The position numbers and the translations under genes were made by a program. 43,177 bases of DNA from an uncultured Deferribacteres bacterium (GTDB lineage Bacteria > Zhuqueibacterota > Zhuqueibacteria > Zhuqueibacterales > Geothermadaptataceae): the NCBI GenBank assembly GCA_964014485.1, contig CAXHAT010000049.1, positions 1 to 43,177 of the forward strand, in the 5' to 3' direction. The notes beneath the pieces were generated by a model. The model was given only the letters and a program-made list of their open reading frames with translations. It was not told the origin of the DNA and did no database searches. Of the stretch, positions 1 through 8,641 are shown piece after piece (position 1 is the first letter of the stretch; every line of letters starts with the position of its first letter).

Positions 1-75
1 GCCGCTGGATTCCCGCGCAGGCGGGAATCCAGCGGCGTTGCAGGCTTTATAGATTCCCGCCTGCGCGGGAATGAC
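1..75. repeat. REP-like palindromic element (ATTCCCGC..GCGGGAAT family), possibly truncated at window edge
   Basis: 1-36 is a perfect 16-bp stem (gccgctggattcccgc-gcag-gcgggaatccagcggc); second hairpin gattcccgcctgcgcgggaatgac at 52-75; lies just downstream of the TRAP large subunit gene. Confidence 0.85.
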
Positions 76-120
76 TTTTGGCGTTTTGAGCGCAGTCTGA
101 CGGTTTATAATTATTCCAAG

Positions 121-1416
121 TTAAAACCCGAACCATTTAGGCAGCGCCAGCGTGATCGCCGGGAACCAGGTGACGACCAATAGCGCCAAAAGCATAGCGC
201 CGTACAATGGCAGCAACGGCCGAACGATGCTTGTAATCGGCACTTTCGCCACGCCGCACCCGACAAAAAGCACGGTGCCGACCGGCGGCGTGCAGAGACC
301 GATGCACAAATTCAACACCATCAAAATACCGAAATGAATCGGATCAATGCCCATCGCCACAGCGACCGGCAGGAAAATCGGGGTAAAAATCAGAATCGCC
401 GGGGTCATGTCCATGAACGTGCCGACCGATAGCAGGATGAGGTTGATCAGCAACAGAATCACGATTTCATTGTCGCTGACGGCCAGAAGAATACGGCTGA
501 CATTCTGCGGGATGTTTTCATAAGAGAGCACCCACGAAAGCGCCATCGAAGTACCGATCAGCAGCATGACGACGGAAGTTGTCGTCGCGGAATCAAGCAG
601 AATCTTCGGTAATTGCGAGGGCTTGACTTCGCGATAAACCAACATCGCCAAAATCAACGCATAAACAACCGCGATGGCCGCCGCCTCGGTCGCGGTGAAA
701 ATCCCTGCAACGATGCCGCCGATGACGATGATAATCAAGGTTAGGCTCAAAATCGCATCGCCGAAGCGTCGGAAAACTTCTTTTAACGCTACGCGCTCGT
801 CTCTGCCGTAACCCTTACGGTAGGCGATAAATCCGGCGACGGTCATCAATGAAACGCCCAAAACAATGCCCGGCAAGTAACCGGCGATGAAGAGCGCGGC
901 AATGGAAACGCCGCCGCTAGCGAGCGAATAAACGATGAGTACGTTGCTCGGCGGAATGATGAGACCAGTGGTCGCAGAAGTGACGTTGACGGCGGCGCTG
1001 TAACTCGCGTCATAGCCGTTTTCGACCATTTTGGGATGCATGAAGGAACCAATCGCGGCGGCGGAGGCGATGGCCGAGCCGGAAATGGCGCCAAATAACA
1101 TCGCGGAAATGATATTCACGAATGCCAGTCCGCCGGGGAAAAAACCGATCACCGAACGCGCAAACGCAATCAACCGTCGCGCCAGCCCGCCCTGGCTCAT
1201 GAGGTTGCCGGACAACACGAAAAAGGGAATCGCCAGCAGCGTGAAGCTGTCGAGACCAGTCGCAATACGCTGAGCGATGGTGCTCGCGGCTGGCGTCATG
1301 TCCATGTTCGCAAGCATGGTCAAGCACGTCGCCAGAGCGATGCAAAAAGCCACCGGCACGTTTAGAAAAAGAAGAATGACAAAGCTCACAATAAGAATGA
1401 GCACATCGGTTCCCAT
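121..1416 (-). CDS. dctM: TRAP transporter large permease subunit (DctM family)
   Basis: Highly hydrophobic; motifs LLAIPFF, GAISGSA, IIPPSNVLIVY, FTATEAAA, TPPVG. Start moved from 1521 to ATG at 1416 (MGTDVLIL..., RBS GGGAGG) because the upstream extension translates a repeat array. Confidence 0.93.
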   Translation of the reverse strand: MGTDVLILIVSFVILLFLNVPVAFCIALATCLTMLANMDMTPAASTIAQRIATGLDSFTLLAIPFFVLSGNLMSQGGLARRLIAFARSVIGFFPGGLAFVNIISAMLFGAISGSAIASAAAIGSFMHPKMVENGYDASYSAAVNVTSATTGLIIPPSNVLIVYSLASGGVSIAALFIAGYLPGIVLGVSLMTVAGFIAYRKGYGRDERVALKEVFRRFGDAILSLTLIIIVIGGIVAGIFTATEAAAIAVVYALILAMLVYREVKPSQLPKILLDSATTTSVVMLLIGTSMALSWVLSYENIPQNVSRILLAVSDNEIVILLLINLILLSVGTFMDMTPAILIFTPIFLPVAVAMGIDPIHFGILMVLNLCIGLCTPPVGTVLFVGCGVAKVPITSIVRPLLPLYGAMLLALLVVTWFPAITLALPKWFGF

Positions 1417-1447
1417 AAAGGGTCCCTCCCTCTGAAAGAATTCAACA

Positions 1448-1605
1448 GGAGTGATGGATTGTTGGAATTTTGGATTAATGGAGTATTGGATTTTTGGAGT
1501 ACTGAACCAGGGATCCACCAACCCAACAAATCCACGACTACATCATTCCATGACTCCAGTATTCCAACACTCCATCATTCCACCACTCCAAAATTCCATC
1601 AATCC
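1448..1605. repeat. Head-to-head array of degenerate 8-bp repeats (GGANNNNT x7, then inverted ANNNNTCC x~9)
   Basis: ggagtgat ggattgtt ggaatttt ggattaat ggagtatt ggattttt ggagtact, centre near gggatcc, then ...cattcc atgactcc agtattcc aacactcc atcattcc accactcc aaaattcc atcaatcc. Confidence 0.9.
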
Positions 1606-2081
1606 GTCGCTCCCTGCTCTTGCGGTTGGCGCATCGCGTCAAGAGCATAGACAATAAACAGCACGCCGCTCAAAGGCAGCACGGTGTAGATGTAGCCAAT
1701 CGGCACCTGAAACGCGGCGGAAAGCTGGTTCAGTTTGAGCGTGACATAAACCAGGCGTGCGCCGCCGTAAATGCAAACAACAATCGCAAAAGCAATCACG
1801 GCGCTATTGATGACGATGTTCAACACCGCCCTCGATTTGCCGGTAAATTTGCGCGCCAAAATATCGATGCCCAAGTGCGCCTTTCTGTGCAGCGCATAGG
1901 TCGCGCCGAGTAAACTGATCCAAATCAGCAGATACGAGGCGAGTTCTTCGGTGTATGAGCTCGGGCTGTTGAGCAAGTAGCGCGTCGCCACCTGCCAAGT
2001 CACCGTGATCACCATGACAGCCATCAAAAAGATTAGAACTTTTTCGAGAACAGCGTCGATGGTTTTAACAAGTCTATCCAT
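1599..2081 (-). CDS. dctQ: TRAP transporter small permease subunit (DctQ family)
   Basis: Four TM segments; QVATRY..SSYTEELASYLLIW..LGATYALHRKAHLGID; start placed at MDRLVK. Confidence 0.9.
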   Translation of the reverse strand: MDRLVKTIDAVLEKVLIFLMAVMVITVTWQVATRYLLNSPSSYTEELASYLLIWISLLGATYALHRKAHLGIDILARKFTGKSRAVLNIVINSAVIAFAIVVCIYGGARLVYVTLKLNQLSAAFQVPIGYIYTVLPLSGVLFIVYALDAMRQPQEQGATD

Positions 2082-2082
2082 T

Positions 2083-3105
2083 CTAAAACCCGCCTTCCGC
2101 ACTTTCGTTTAACGTTGAATCAGGCGGCAAGCTTATGATGCGCTTCGCCCATTCGCCTAATTCCGTACCTTCAAGTTCGTCGTAGATCGGCTTGACGGCT
2201 TCGAAAAACGGCGCTTTGTCCGGCTGAATCACAGTGACGCCCGCCGCTTTGACCGCGTCGAGCGCTTCCTGCGTCATCTCCGCCCACAATCGGCGCTGGT
2301 ATTCGACCGATTCGGCGACGGCCTGATCCAGCCATGCTTGTTGTTGCTCTGAAAGCTTGTTCCAGGCGTGCGTGCTGATGAGCATGACGTCCGGCGGTGC
2401 GGAGTGTTCGTCCAGTACGAAGTATTTGCACAATTCGAAAAAGCGTTTTTGGAAAAAGTTGGGCGGGTTGTTTTCGGCGCCGTCAACAACGCCTTGCTGC
2501 AGGGCGGAATAAAGCTCGCTGTAGGCCAGCGGCGTCGCATTACCGCCGAGCAGATTGATCGAGCGAATGGAGAGATTGCTGCGCATCACGCGAATTTTGA
2601 GGCCGTCCAGATCTTTCGGAGCGTTCACTTCGCGCTCGCGAATAAAAAAACTGCGAAAACCGGCGTCGTAATAACACAAGCCGCGCAGCCAGAAAGGCTC
2701 GCCTTGCAAAAGAATTTCCTTACCAATTTCGCCGTTGAAAACCTGCCAGTAATGATCATCGTCTCGGAACAAGTACGGCAGGCTGTACACGCCCATCGCG
2801 GGGACGAAGTTTTCGACGACGCTGGAAGAGACTTTGGTAATATCCAGCGAACCGAGCTGCAATAACTCCAGGCACTCGCGTTCATTTCCCAACTGACCGC
2901 TTGGATAAATATCGACCTGAATCGTGCCGCCGGAGAGTTCCTCCAGACGTTGCCCCATAAATGCCATCGACTTATGCACCGGAGTGTCAAGATCGAGAAT
3001 GTGCGCAAGCCGAATTGTTTGCACTTCGCGCTCGCCTTCGCAACCAGCCAAGATCGCAAGCGCCAGGAAAGCAAGAAATGCGCGTTTTAATTTCATGTTG
3101 ATCAT
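2083..3105 (-). CDS. dctP: TRAP transporter substrate-binding protein (DctP family), probable lipoprotein
   Basis: Lipobox-like ILAGC; IYPSGQLGNE, DLDGLKIRV, ELYSALQQGVVDGAEN. Confidence 0.93.
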   Translation of the reverse strand: MINMKLKRAFLAFLALAILAGCEGEREVQTIRLAHILDLDTPVHKSMAFMGQRLEELSGGTIQVDIYPSGQLGNERECLELLQLGSLDITKVSSSVVENFVPAMGVYSLPYLFRDDDHYWQVFNGEIGKEILLQGEPFWLRGLCYYDAGFRSFFIREREVNAPKDLDGLKIRVMRSNLSIRSINLLGGNATPLAYSELYSALQQGVVDGAENNPPNFFQKRFFELCKYFVLDEHSAPPDVMLISTHAWNKLSEQQQAWLDQAVAESVEYQRRLWAEMTQEALDAVKAAGVTVIQPDKAPFFEAVKPIYDELEGTELGEWAKRIISLPPDSTLNESAEGGF

Positions 3106-3473
3106 TTTTCAGCGCCCAAAAAATCTTCCCGAATCGGCGTAAAAACATCAATGAGTGCGCCGTCTTCCAAAGCGACGAGACCGTGCTCAACATTTGCCGG
3201 CACCATAAAACTGTCGCCCGTTTCCAGCGTTTCTTTCTCGCCGCCAATTTCCACTTCAAAGCGTCCGCCTTCGACAAACGTTACTTGCCGGTGCGGGTGG
3301 CTGTGTTTCGCGCCGACCGCGCCGCTTTTGAAAAAGATGCGCACCATCATAATGTCGTCGTTGTAGCCAAGAATTTTGCGATGAACGCCTTCGTCTAGCT
3401 TTTCCAAAATAATCCCCTCACTTTTTACAAAAATCTTCGACTGCGGCAAAACGCGACTCCAGGTGTTTTTCAT
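3102..3473 (-). CDS. kdgF: KdgF-like cupin (unsaturated uronate linearisation)
   Basis: Cupin motifs HSHPHRQVTFV and FMVPANVEHG; C-terminal DVFTPIREDFL typical of KdgF; alginate context. Confidence 0.85.
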   Translation of the reverse strand: MKNTWSRVLPQSKIFVKSEGIILEKLDEGVHRKILGYNDDIMMVRIFFKSGAVGAKHSHPHRQVTFVEGGRFEVEIGGEKETLETGDSFMVPANVEHGLVALEDGALIDVFTPIREDFLGAEK

Positions 3474-3580
3474 GGAATGATGATGGAGTATTGGATTAAT
3501 GGATTGTTGGGCTGGTGGAATAATGGACTATTTTAGCTCCAAAAATCCAGCGTTCCATCAATCCAAGAATCCAACATTCC
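3474..3580. repeat. Second head-to-head array of degenerate 8-bp repeats
   Basis: ggaatgat..ggagtatt ggattaat ggattgtt gggctggt ggaataat ggactatt, then ttagctcc aaaaatcc agcgttcc atcaatcc aagaatcc aacattcc; fills most of the SDR-kdgF gap. Confidence 0.88.
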
Positions 3581-3589
3581 ATTTTTCCG

Positions 3590-4345
3590 TTAAATGAAAT
3601 ACAATCCGCTGTTAATTTCCAGAGATTCGCCGTTGACATATGCCGCCGCATCTGAAGCAAGATAAGCCACGGCTTCGGCAACGTCTTCAGATGTGCCTTC
3701 GCGTTCGCTCAAGGTCATGCTTGCCACCTTTTCACGCACAGCGTCAGGGGTGAAATCGTCATGAAATTTCGTCGCAATCATGCCGGGCGCGACGTTGTTG
3801 ACGCGAATTTTGCGCGGCTTCAGTTCCTTCGCCAAGCCGCGTGTAAAAGTTAGAATCGCGCCTTTGGAGGTGGCGTAGGCCACTGCGCCGCCTCCGCCGC
3901 CGTCTCGCGCCGCAAGCGATCCAATATTGACGATGGCGCCGCCGTCCGGCATATGCGCCAGCGTCGCTTTGGTGACAAGAAACGTGCTTTTCAAGTTCAC
4001 GTCCATGACCGCGTCCCAAAAAGCTTCTTCCATTTCGTCAATTCGTTTTCTCCCAAGCAAGCCGCCGGTGTTATTCACGAGAATGTGAATCTTATCACCG
4101 AAAGCTTTCACGGTTTCACCGACAAGCTTTTGCGCGCCTTCCCATTTGGTCAAATCCGCTTGGATTGCTACAGCCCTGCCGTCCGAACTTTCAATTCTTG
4201 AAACGACTTCTTGTGCGCCCGCCGCGCTGGAATGGTAATTTACCGCCACAAAAGCGCCCTCTCGAGCCAGCTTCACTGCGATAGCCCCGCCAATATCTCG
4301 CCCGCCGCCCGTCACAATCGCTACTTTGCCATTAAACACGCCCAC
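3590..4345 (-). CDS. SDR family oxidoreductase, probable DEH (4-deoxy-L-erythro-5-hexoseulose uronate) reductase
   Basis: TGGGRDIG nucleotide-binding motif, NNTGG, catalytic YATSK; GTG start with GGAGG RBS; between PL17 lyase and kdgF. Confidence 0.82.
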   Translation of the reverse strand: MGVFNGKVAIVTGGGRDIGGAIAVKLAREGAFVAVNYHSSAAGAQEVVSRIESSDGRAVAIQADLTKWEGAQKLVGETVKAFGDKIHILVNNTGGLLGRKRIDEMEEAFWDAVMDVNLKSTFLVTKATLAHMPDGGAIVNIGSLAARDGGGGGAVAYATSKGAILTFTRGLAKELKPRKIRVNNVAPGMIATKFHDDFTPDAVREKVASMTLSEREGTSEDVAEAVAYLASDAAAYVNGESLEINSGLYFI

Positions 4346-4378
4346 GAGTCAATCCTCCTGTTTTTTGCTTTTGAGTTC

Positions 4379-4397
4379 TCAGGGTTCGGAACCCTGA
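4379..4397. repeat. Short REP-like hairpin
   Basis: tcagggttc-g-gaaccctga, 9-bp perfect inverted repeat in the lyase-SDR intergenic region. Confidence 0.55.
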
Positions 4398-4553
4398 CGA
4401 AACTGTCAAAAAACCCAGAGTTGTCATGCTGTAAGCACCTTTTTTGATATAGCCCTTGAACTTCAAGCGTAACCCGTTCCGGGCGATAACAAAGATTCTT
4501 TCAGAATGACAAGCTGAAGACATTTCAACAGTCTCGGCAAGGCCATTTTTTTA

Positions 4554-6743
4554 TCACCTTCGTTCAAACATATAATTTCCTGTCCACGAATAGCGTTTGC
4601 CGCTAAAATTCGCCTCATGCGATTTCGCCCGAGACGCTTCATCGTTGTTTACGCCGACCGTCCAGCGTAAATCATTTTTGCCAGTGATTTCGACCACTGT
4701 CACATCATCATTGTGGCCTACCACGCGCACGCTTTCGATAAATCCGCGCGCTCGAACAGACTTTTCCCGAGCTTCGTTAAAATAACCGTGCGGCTCAATT
4801 ACAGCGGCAATCACGAAATCTTCCGCACGATTGCGCACAACAAACAACGGCTCGGAGCGCAAGTTGAAATTCGGATCATTGGCGCCGGTGCGCCCAAAAA
4901 TGACGTTCGTCTGTTCCGCCGCTGAAGTCACGATGGAATAATAACGATGACCATCCAGCCAAGTCATTTTAAACGGAAAACCAGCTTTCCCCTCGCCGGT
5001 TTTCCAAATATGCTGATAGCCCGCCTTTTCGCCCAACGGCTTTTGTTCGTCGGCATTCGCGGCGAACTCAAGATTCGTGCTAATGAGTTGGCCGTTGTGA
5101 TGGATCGGATAATCGTACTGATGCTCGGAATCGCTCTTCAAACGAAAAACGTCGATCACCGACGGAAAGTCCAGACGCTCGTCTTGCAGCAAAAACATGG
5201 TGCGCTGCATTTCCACGCCGGGATAGTGATCGCGCGATTTCGCGCTCACCACCTGAACGTCCGCATTGTCGCTCTCAAAGAAATGGCGCATCCCCGAAAC
5301 CTTGTCCGCGGCTTTGCGATTCGCATTATTCTGCGACGCTTCATCGACAACAACCGTGTTGTGCGCGATGGTCTGTTTGGCGTAAGAATCATTCTCCGGC
5401 AAGTAGCGGCCGCCAAATTTTGGTTCGATGTTGATCCAGCGGCCGAAACCGTAGTCGCGAATGACTTCGCGCCCCTGATCGAAAAACGAAAAATGCAATT
5501 TGTCAAAATGACCGTGTCCCTCGCCGTGAACGCCGTACTTCATCAGCAGCATGGACATGTCGTCGCCTTCGCCCATGCGTAAAATGCCGAGACCGCCGCG
5601 TTTGCCGTCGTGACCGTCATTAAATTCCACGCTTTTCCAGCGCAAAACAGGTTCTTCTTTCACTTCGGTGAAAGCTTTCGCGACAAGCAGTCCGGCGGGG
5701 CTGAGAAAAACGTCTTGTTGAATGCTGGAAATCGCGAGCAAATTCGGGTCGGCGCCGTAGCGTTGGTATGCGATATTGTGTGCGATGAGCGGGCCTGGCG
5801 CTTTAATATCCATGGTGCGAGAAGCGTCGTTGATGGGCGGAAAAACGCCGTTGGGGAAAATGGTTTGCGCGGTGGTATAAAAAACTTTTTTCAGAATCGA
5901 ATTGCGGTGTTCGAAAATTTTGACTTCGGGACGATTGCGCTCGACCGCTTCAGCAAAAAGAAAAAACGGGCGCAGGGCGTAGCGAATGTAGTACGGGCCT
6001 TCCATGTAGTAACCGTCCGGCGAAAACAGCAAATCGAGCTGCGCCAGAAACCCGCCCTTGCCGTCTTTTTCCGTGCCATGAAGCGCCTTGTCGACCAAAT
6101 CGCCGTCGCGCAAGACGAAGCCGATCATGCCGACTGCCGCCGTCGTCCATGTGCCGTGATTATGAATGCTGTTGAACTGCTCGGCGTGCTCCACCGAAAA
6201 CAACGCCGCCATCGGGCGGAAAATATTCTTCTCAAACCGGGCGCGATCCGCCGCCGACAGCCAGCTATAAACGCAATCGTAAGCTTGGCTGGCATAGACC
6301 AGCCAAACGGCTTCATTCAAAGTTTGATGAAAAAGTCGACCAGGCTTCTGCTTCTTTGACAGGGGGTGCGGGCCGAGCTTCGGATACATTTCGGCGTACT
6401 TGCTCAACATATCACGCACAAACGTGGCGTATTTCTCTTCGCCGGTGATCGCGAAAAGCACGCCCGCCTTCTGCATTTCGCGGTAGTTTTCCTTGTGCCG
6501 TTCGTGCGCATATCCGCCCGCTTCGCCCGGCGGCGGCACTTCCATTGGTCGGTCGAGTACGGCGTCAATCGTTTTTTTTGTTTGTTGGAAAGAAGCGTCG
6601 AAAAGGGGGTGCTTGCCGAGCGCCGAGCGCATTGCGGCGGCTTCATTTTGGGTAAGAATTAAGGATGGCCGATTATTGGCGTATGCAAGGCAAGTTGTCG
6701 CGACGATGGTGAAGCAGATGATGAAGATCGACTGTTTCTTCAT
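4554..6743 (-). CDS. Oligo-alginate lyase, polysaccharide lyase family 17 (alginate lyase + heparinase II/III-like domains)
   Basis: Signal peptide; PL17 motifs GGYAHERHKENY, LFHQTLNEAVW, IHNHGTW, DGYYMEGPYY, GHGHFDKL, YAKQTIAHNT. Confidence 0.92.
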   Translation of the reverse strand: MKKQSIFIICFTIVATTCLAYANNRPSLILTQNEAAAMRSALGKHPLFDASFQQTKKTIDAVLDRPMEVPPPGEAGGYAHERHKENYREMQKAGVLFAITGEEKYATFVRDMLSKYAEMYPKLGPHPLSKKQKPGRLFHQTLNEAVWLVYASQAYDCVYSWLSAADRARFEKNIFRPMAALFSVEHAEQFNSIHNHGTWTTAAVGMIGFVLRDGDLVDKALHGTEKDGKGGFLAQLDLLFSPDGYYMEGPYYIRYALRPFFLFAEAVERNRPEVKIFEHRNSILKKVFYTTAQTIFPNGVFPPINDASRTMDIKAPGPLIAHNIAYQRYGADPNLLAISSIQQDVFLSPAGLLVAKAFTEVKEEPVLRWKSVEFNDGHDGKRGGLGILRMGEGDDMSMLLMKYGVHGEGHGHFDKLHFSFFDQGREVIRDYGFGRWINIEPKFGGRYLPENDSYAKQTIAHNTVVVDEASQNNANRKAADKVSGMRHFFESDNADVQVVSAKSRDHYPGVEMQRTMFLLQDERLDFPSVIDVFRLKSDSEHQYDYPIHHNGQLISTNLEFAANADEQKPLGEKAGYQHIWKTGEGKAGFPFKMTWLDGHRYYSIVTSAAEQTNVIFGRTGANDPNFNLRSEPLFVVRNRAEDFVIAAVIEPHGYFNEAREKSVRARGFIESVRVVGHNDDVTVVEITGKNDLRWTVGVNNDEASRAKSHEANFSGKRYSWTGNYMFERR

Positions 6744-6768
6744 GAAAAGCTCTGCGTTAAAAATGTGA

Positions 6769-6795
6769 CTGACGTTGGACGTCAGATGTCATACA
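6769..6795. promoter_or_regulatory. Candidate tandem FadR/GntR operator upstream of the PL17 gene
   Basis: ctgacgt-tgg-acgtcag (7-3-7 palindrome) overlapping agatgtcataca; both fit the FadR-subfamily GT-N3-AC core; the 12-mer is the exact reverse complement of 7655-7666. Confidence 0.6.
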
Positions 6796-6902
6796 CTTTT
6801 GCGGTGCAAAAAAAACACAGTCTCTGATCCGCCCGAAACACTTCTCATCGCCATCATCTTGGCTAAAAGCAAGCGTCTCCAACGATCAAAAGACCGTCAT
6901 AT

Positions 6903-7631
6903 TTAATTTAGCATTTGCTCATCTAAATGCTGAAACAATGATTGCATATCCTTTTCAGCCGCTTTCAGATGGGCCGTCATGGCGTCGAACGCCCCGGGAG
7001 CGTCCTGCCGTTGGATACGTTCAAATATCGCCTTGTGATGATCGTATGCGGAACTGCCTTTTATTTTCAAATCTTCAACGATCAACACTTTGACTTTATA
7101 AAAAATGCTGAAAACCGGGTCCATCATAATCGGGATAATCGGATTTTCAGTGGCTCGTGCAATATTGAGATGGAAATCCACGTCAAGCTTGGCCAACTCA
7201 TCCGCTTTCATTTCGTGGTCGCGAAAACTTTCGAGATTACGTTCAAGAATTGCAAGTGCTTCATCAGAACGATTTTGTGCAGCCAGTCTTGCATTTTCCG
7301 GTTCAACCATGCGGCGAACATGCGTCAAGTGCAAAACGTAATTCTTGTCAAAATTGAGATCAAGATAGATGCTCATTTGCCGACTGGCGTGGTCGGTCGT
7401 GAAATTATTGATGAATACGCCGCTGCCCTTGCGAATCGAAACCAGACCGCGCGCGCTCAGCATTTGCAACGCTTCACGAAGCGCCGTACGACTGACCCCG
7501 AACATCGCGCCAAGCTCTTTTTCCGTCGGCAGTTTTTCCCCGGCAACCAGCTTCTTCTCGCGGATCGCATTCTCTATTTTCTGCTCGATTTCCTGGCTAA
7601 GCGTGCGGTTAGCACCAATTCTTTCAAACAT
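6903..7631 (-). CDS. FadR/GntR family transcriptional regulator
   Basis: wHTH GEKLPTEKELGAMFGVSRTALREAL plus FCD domain (DVDFHLNIARATEN, HKAIFE, MTAHL). Confidence 0.95.
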   Translation of the reverse strand: MFERIGANRTLSQEIEQKIENAIREKKLVAGEKLPTEKELGAMFGVSRTALREALQMLSARGLVSIRKGSGVFINNFTTDHASRQMSIYLDLNFDKNYVLHLTHVRRMVEPENARLAAQNRSDEALAILERNLESFRDHEMKADELAKLDVDFHLNIARATENPIIPIMMDPVFSIFYKVKVLIVEDLKIKGSSAYDHHKAIFERIQRQDAPGAFDAMTAHLKAAEKDMQSLFQHLDEQMLN

Positions 7632-7654
7632 AGTCGTTCAAAATCGATGAAATT

Positions 7655-7666
7655 TGTATGACATCT
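7655..7666. promoter_or_regulatory. Candidate autoregulatory FadR/GntR operator
   Basis: tgtatgacatct, ~25 bp upstream of the regulator start; exact inverted copy of 6784-6795. Confidence 0.6.
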
Positions 7667-7875
7667 TGCAAGAAGATATATTATTATAACCATTTGTCAA
7701 GGGGTTTTTCACAAAAATTTTGCACTGAAACAATGCATCAAATCGTGCCAGCATCCAAACATTTCGTGCAAAAAACTTGAACTCTTACCAAAAGCCAAAT
7801 AGTCGATAAACTCTTTTAACTCGAACCGGACTGAAACTGAAGAATGATGAGCGTTTGGTTTTTTTTTGTTTAGAT

Positions 7876-7886
7876 ATGTAAGACAT
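7876..7886. promoter_or_regulatory. Third candidate operator in the divergent gntR/eCIS intergenic region
   Basis: atgt-aag-acat palindrome; tgtaagacat differs by one base from tgtatgacat. Confidence 0.35.
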
Positions 7887-8065
7887 TGAAAATACATTGA
7901 GCCATTGCCAGAGCTTGACTCCGAAAGCCGGTTCACAACAGGCCAAGCATTCAATCAATAGATTGTTTCGAAAGCCTCAATTATTCGGCGCCCTACTCCT
8001 GATTTAATCTTTCGATTGACGCTTCAAGATGACAAGTTTCACTAACGCAACCCCAGTGTTTCTTC

Positions 8066-8641
8066 ATGATCGATGAAGTGCTCGTTTTTCTAAAAAATTA
8101 CCTGAACGCCTATCTGAATAGCAGAGCCGGAATAACTTCGGGCGTTTCCGCCGAGGACAAAGTCGTTTTTATCGACGGCGATAAAATGGATCCCATCCAC
8201 TTTAAACTTGGCGCCGTCACCGCTCTCCTTGTCAATGTTGAGGAAGAACGCGTTCTGCGACCTGCAGAACCTTACACAGCCAACTTGAGCTCGCGCAAAG
8301 TCAAAGTGCAGCCGGAAATCCGAATGAATCTCTACGTGCTTTTCGTAGCACGATTCAAAGAGTATAAAGAAGGGCTGCGTTACCTCTCCATGATCATCCA
8401 ATATTTCCAAAACCGACGCGTGCTTGAACACCAGAATGCGCCCGAGCTGAGTGATCGCATTGATCGGCTCGTCATTGAACTGAAAACCCTTCCCCTCGCC
8501 CAGCAGAACGAATTGTGGAACGCACTGAGAACGGCTTACCATCCGTCGGTTTTGTATAAAGTGAATATGGCAGTTTTCCGGGATGAAGACGCCATGGAAA
8601 TGCCTGAGATTTCGGAAACAAGGATGTCTTTAACCGAATGA
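8066..8641 (+). CDS. eCIS cap/terminator protein (Pvc16/Afp16 N-terminal domain, DUF4255)
   Basis: LLVNVEEER, NLYVLF, YKEGLRYLSMIIQYFQ, QQNELWNALRTAYHPSVLYKV; first gene of the eCIS cluster. Confidence 0.88.
   Translation: MIDEVLVFLKNYLNAYLNSRAGITSGVSAEDKVVFIDGDKMDPIHFKLGAVTALLVNVEEERVLRPAEPYTANLSSRKVKVQPEIRMNLYVLFVARFKEYKEGLRYLSMIIQYFQNRRVLEHQNAPELSDRIDRLVIELKTLPLAQQNELWNALRTAYHPSVLYKVNMAVFRDEDAMEMPEISETRMSLTE

Noticed and set aside
1448..1605. CRISPR array
   Set aside because: Units are 8 bp, degenerate and inverted, with no repeat-spacer structure and no cas genes
1417..1657. N-terminal extension of DctM and short ORFs at 1451-1657 and 1459-1650 (likewise 3496-3681)
   Set aside because: Translations of the octamer arrays; a better RBS and start exist at 1416
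4947..7661. Long plus-strand ORFs (4947-5582, 5610-6359, 6942-7661)
   Set aside because: Antisense shadows of the PL17 and GntR genes with no protein-like motifs
7709..7954. 81-aa ORF or ncRNA/riboswitch in the divergent intergenic region
   Set aside because: No recognisable protein or RNA motif; an AT-rich promoter region is the simpler explanation
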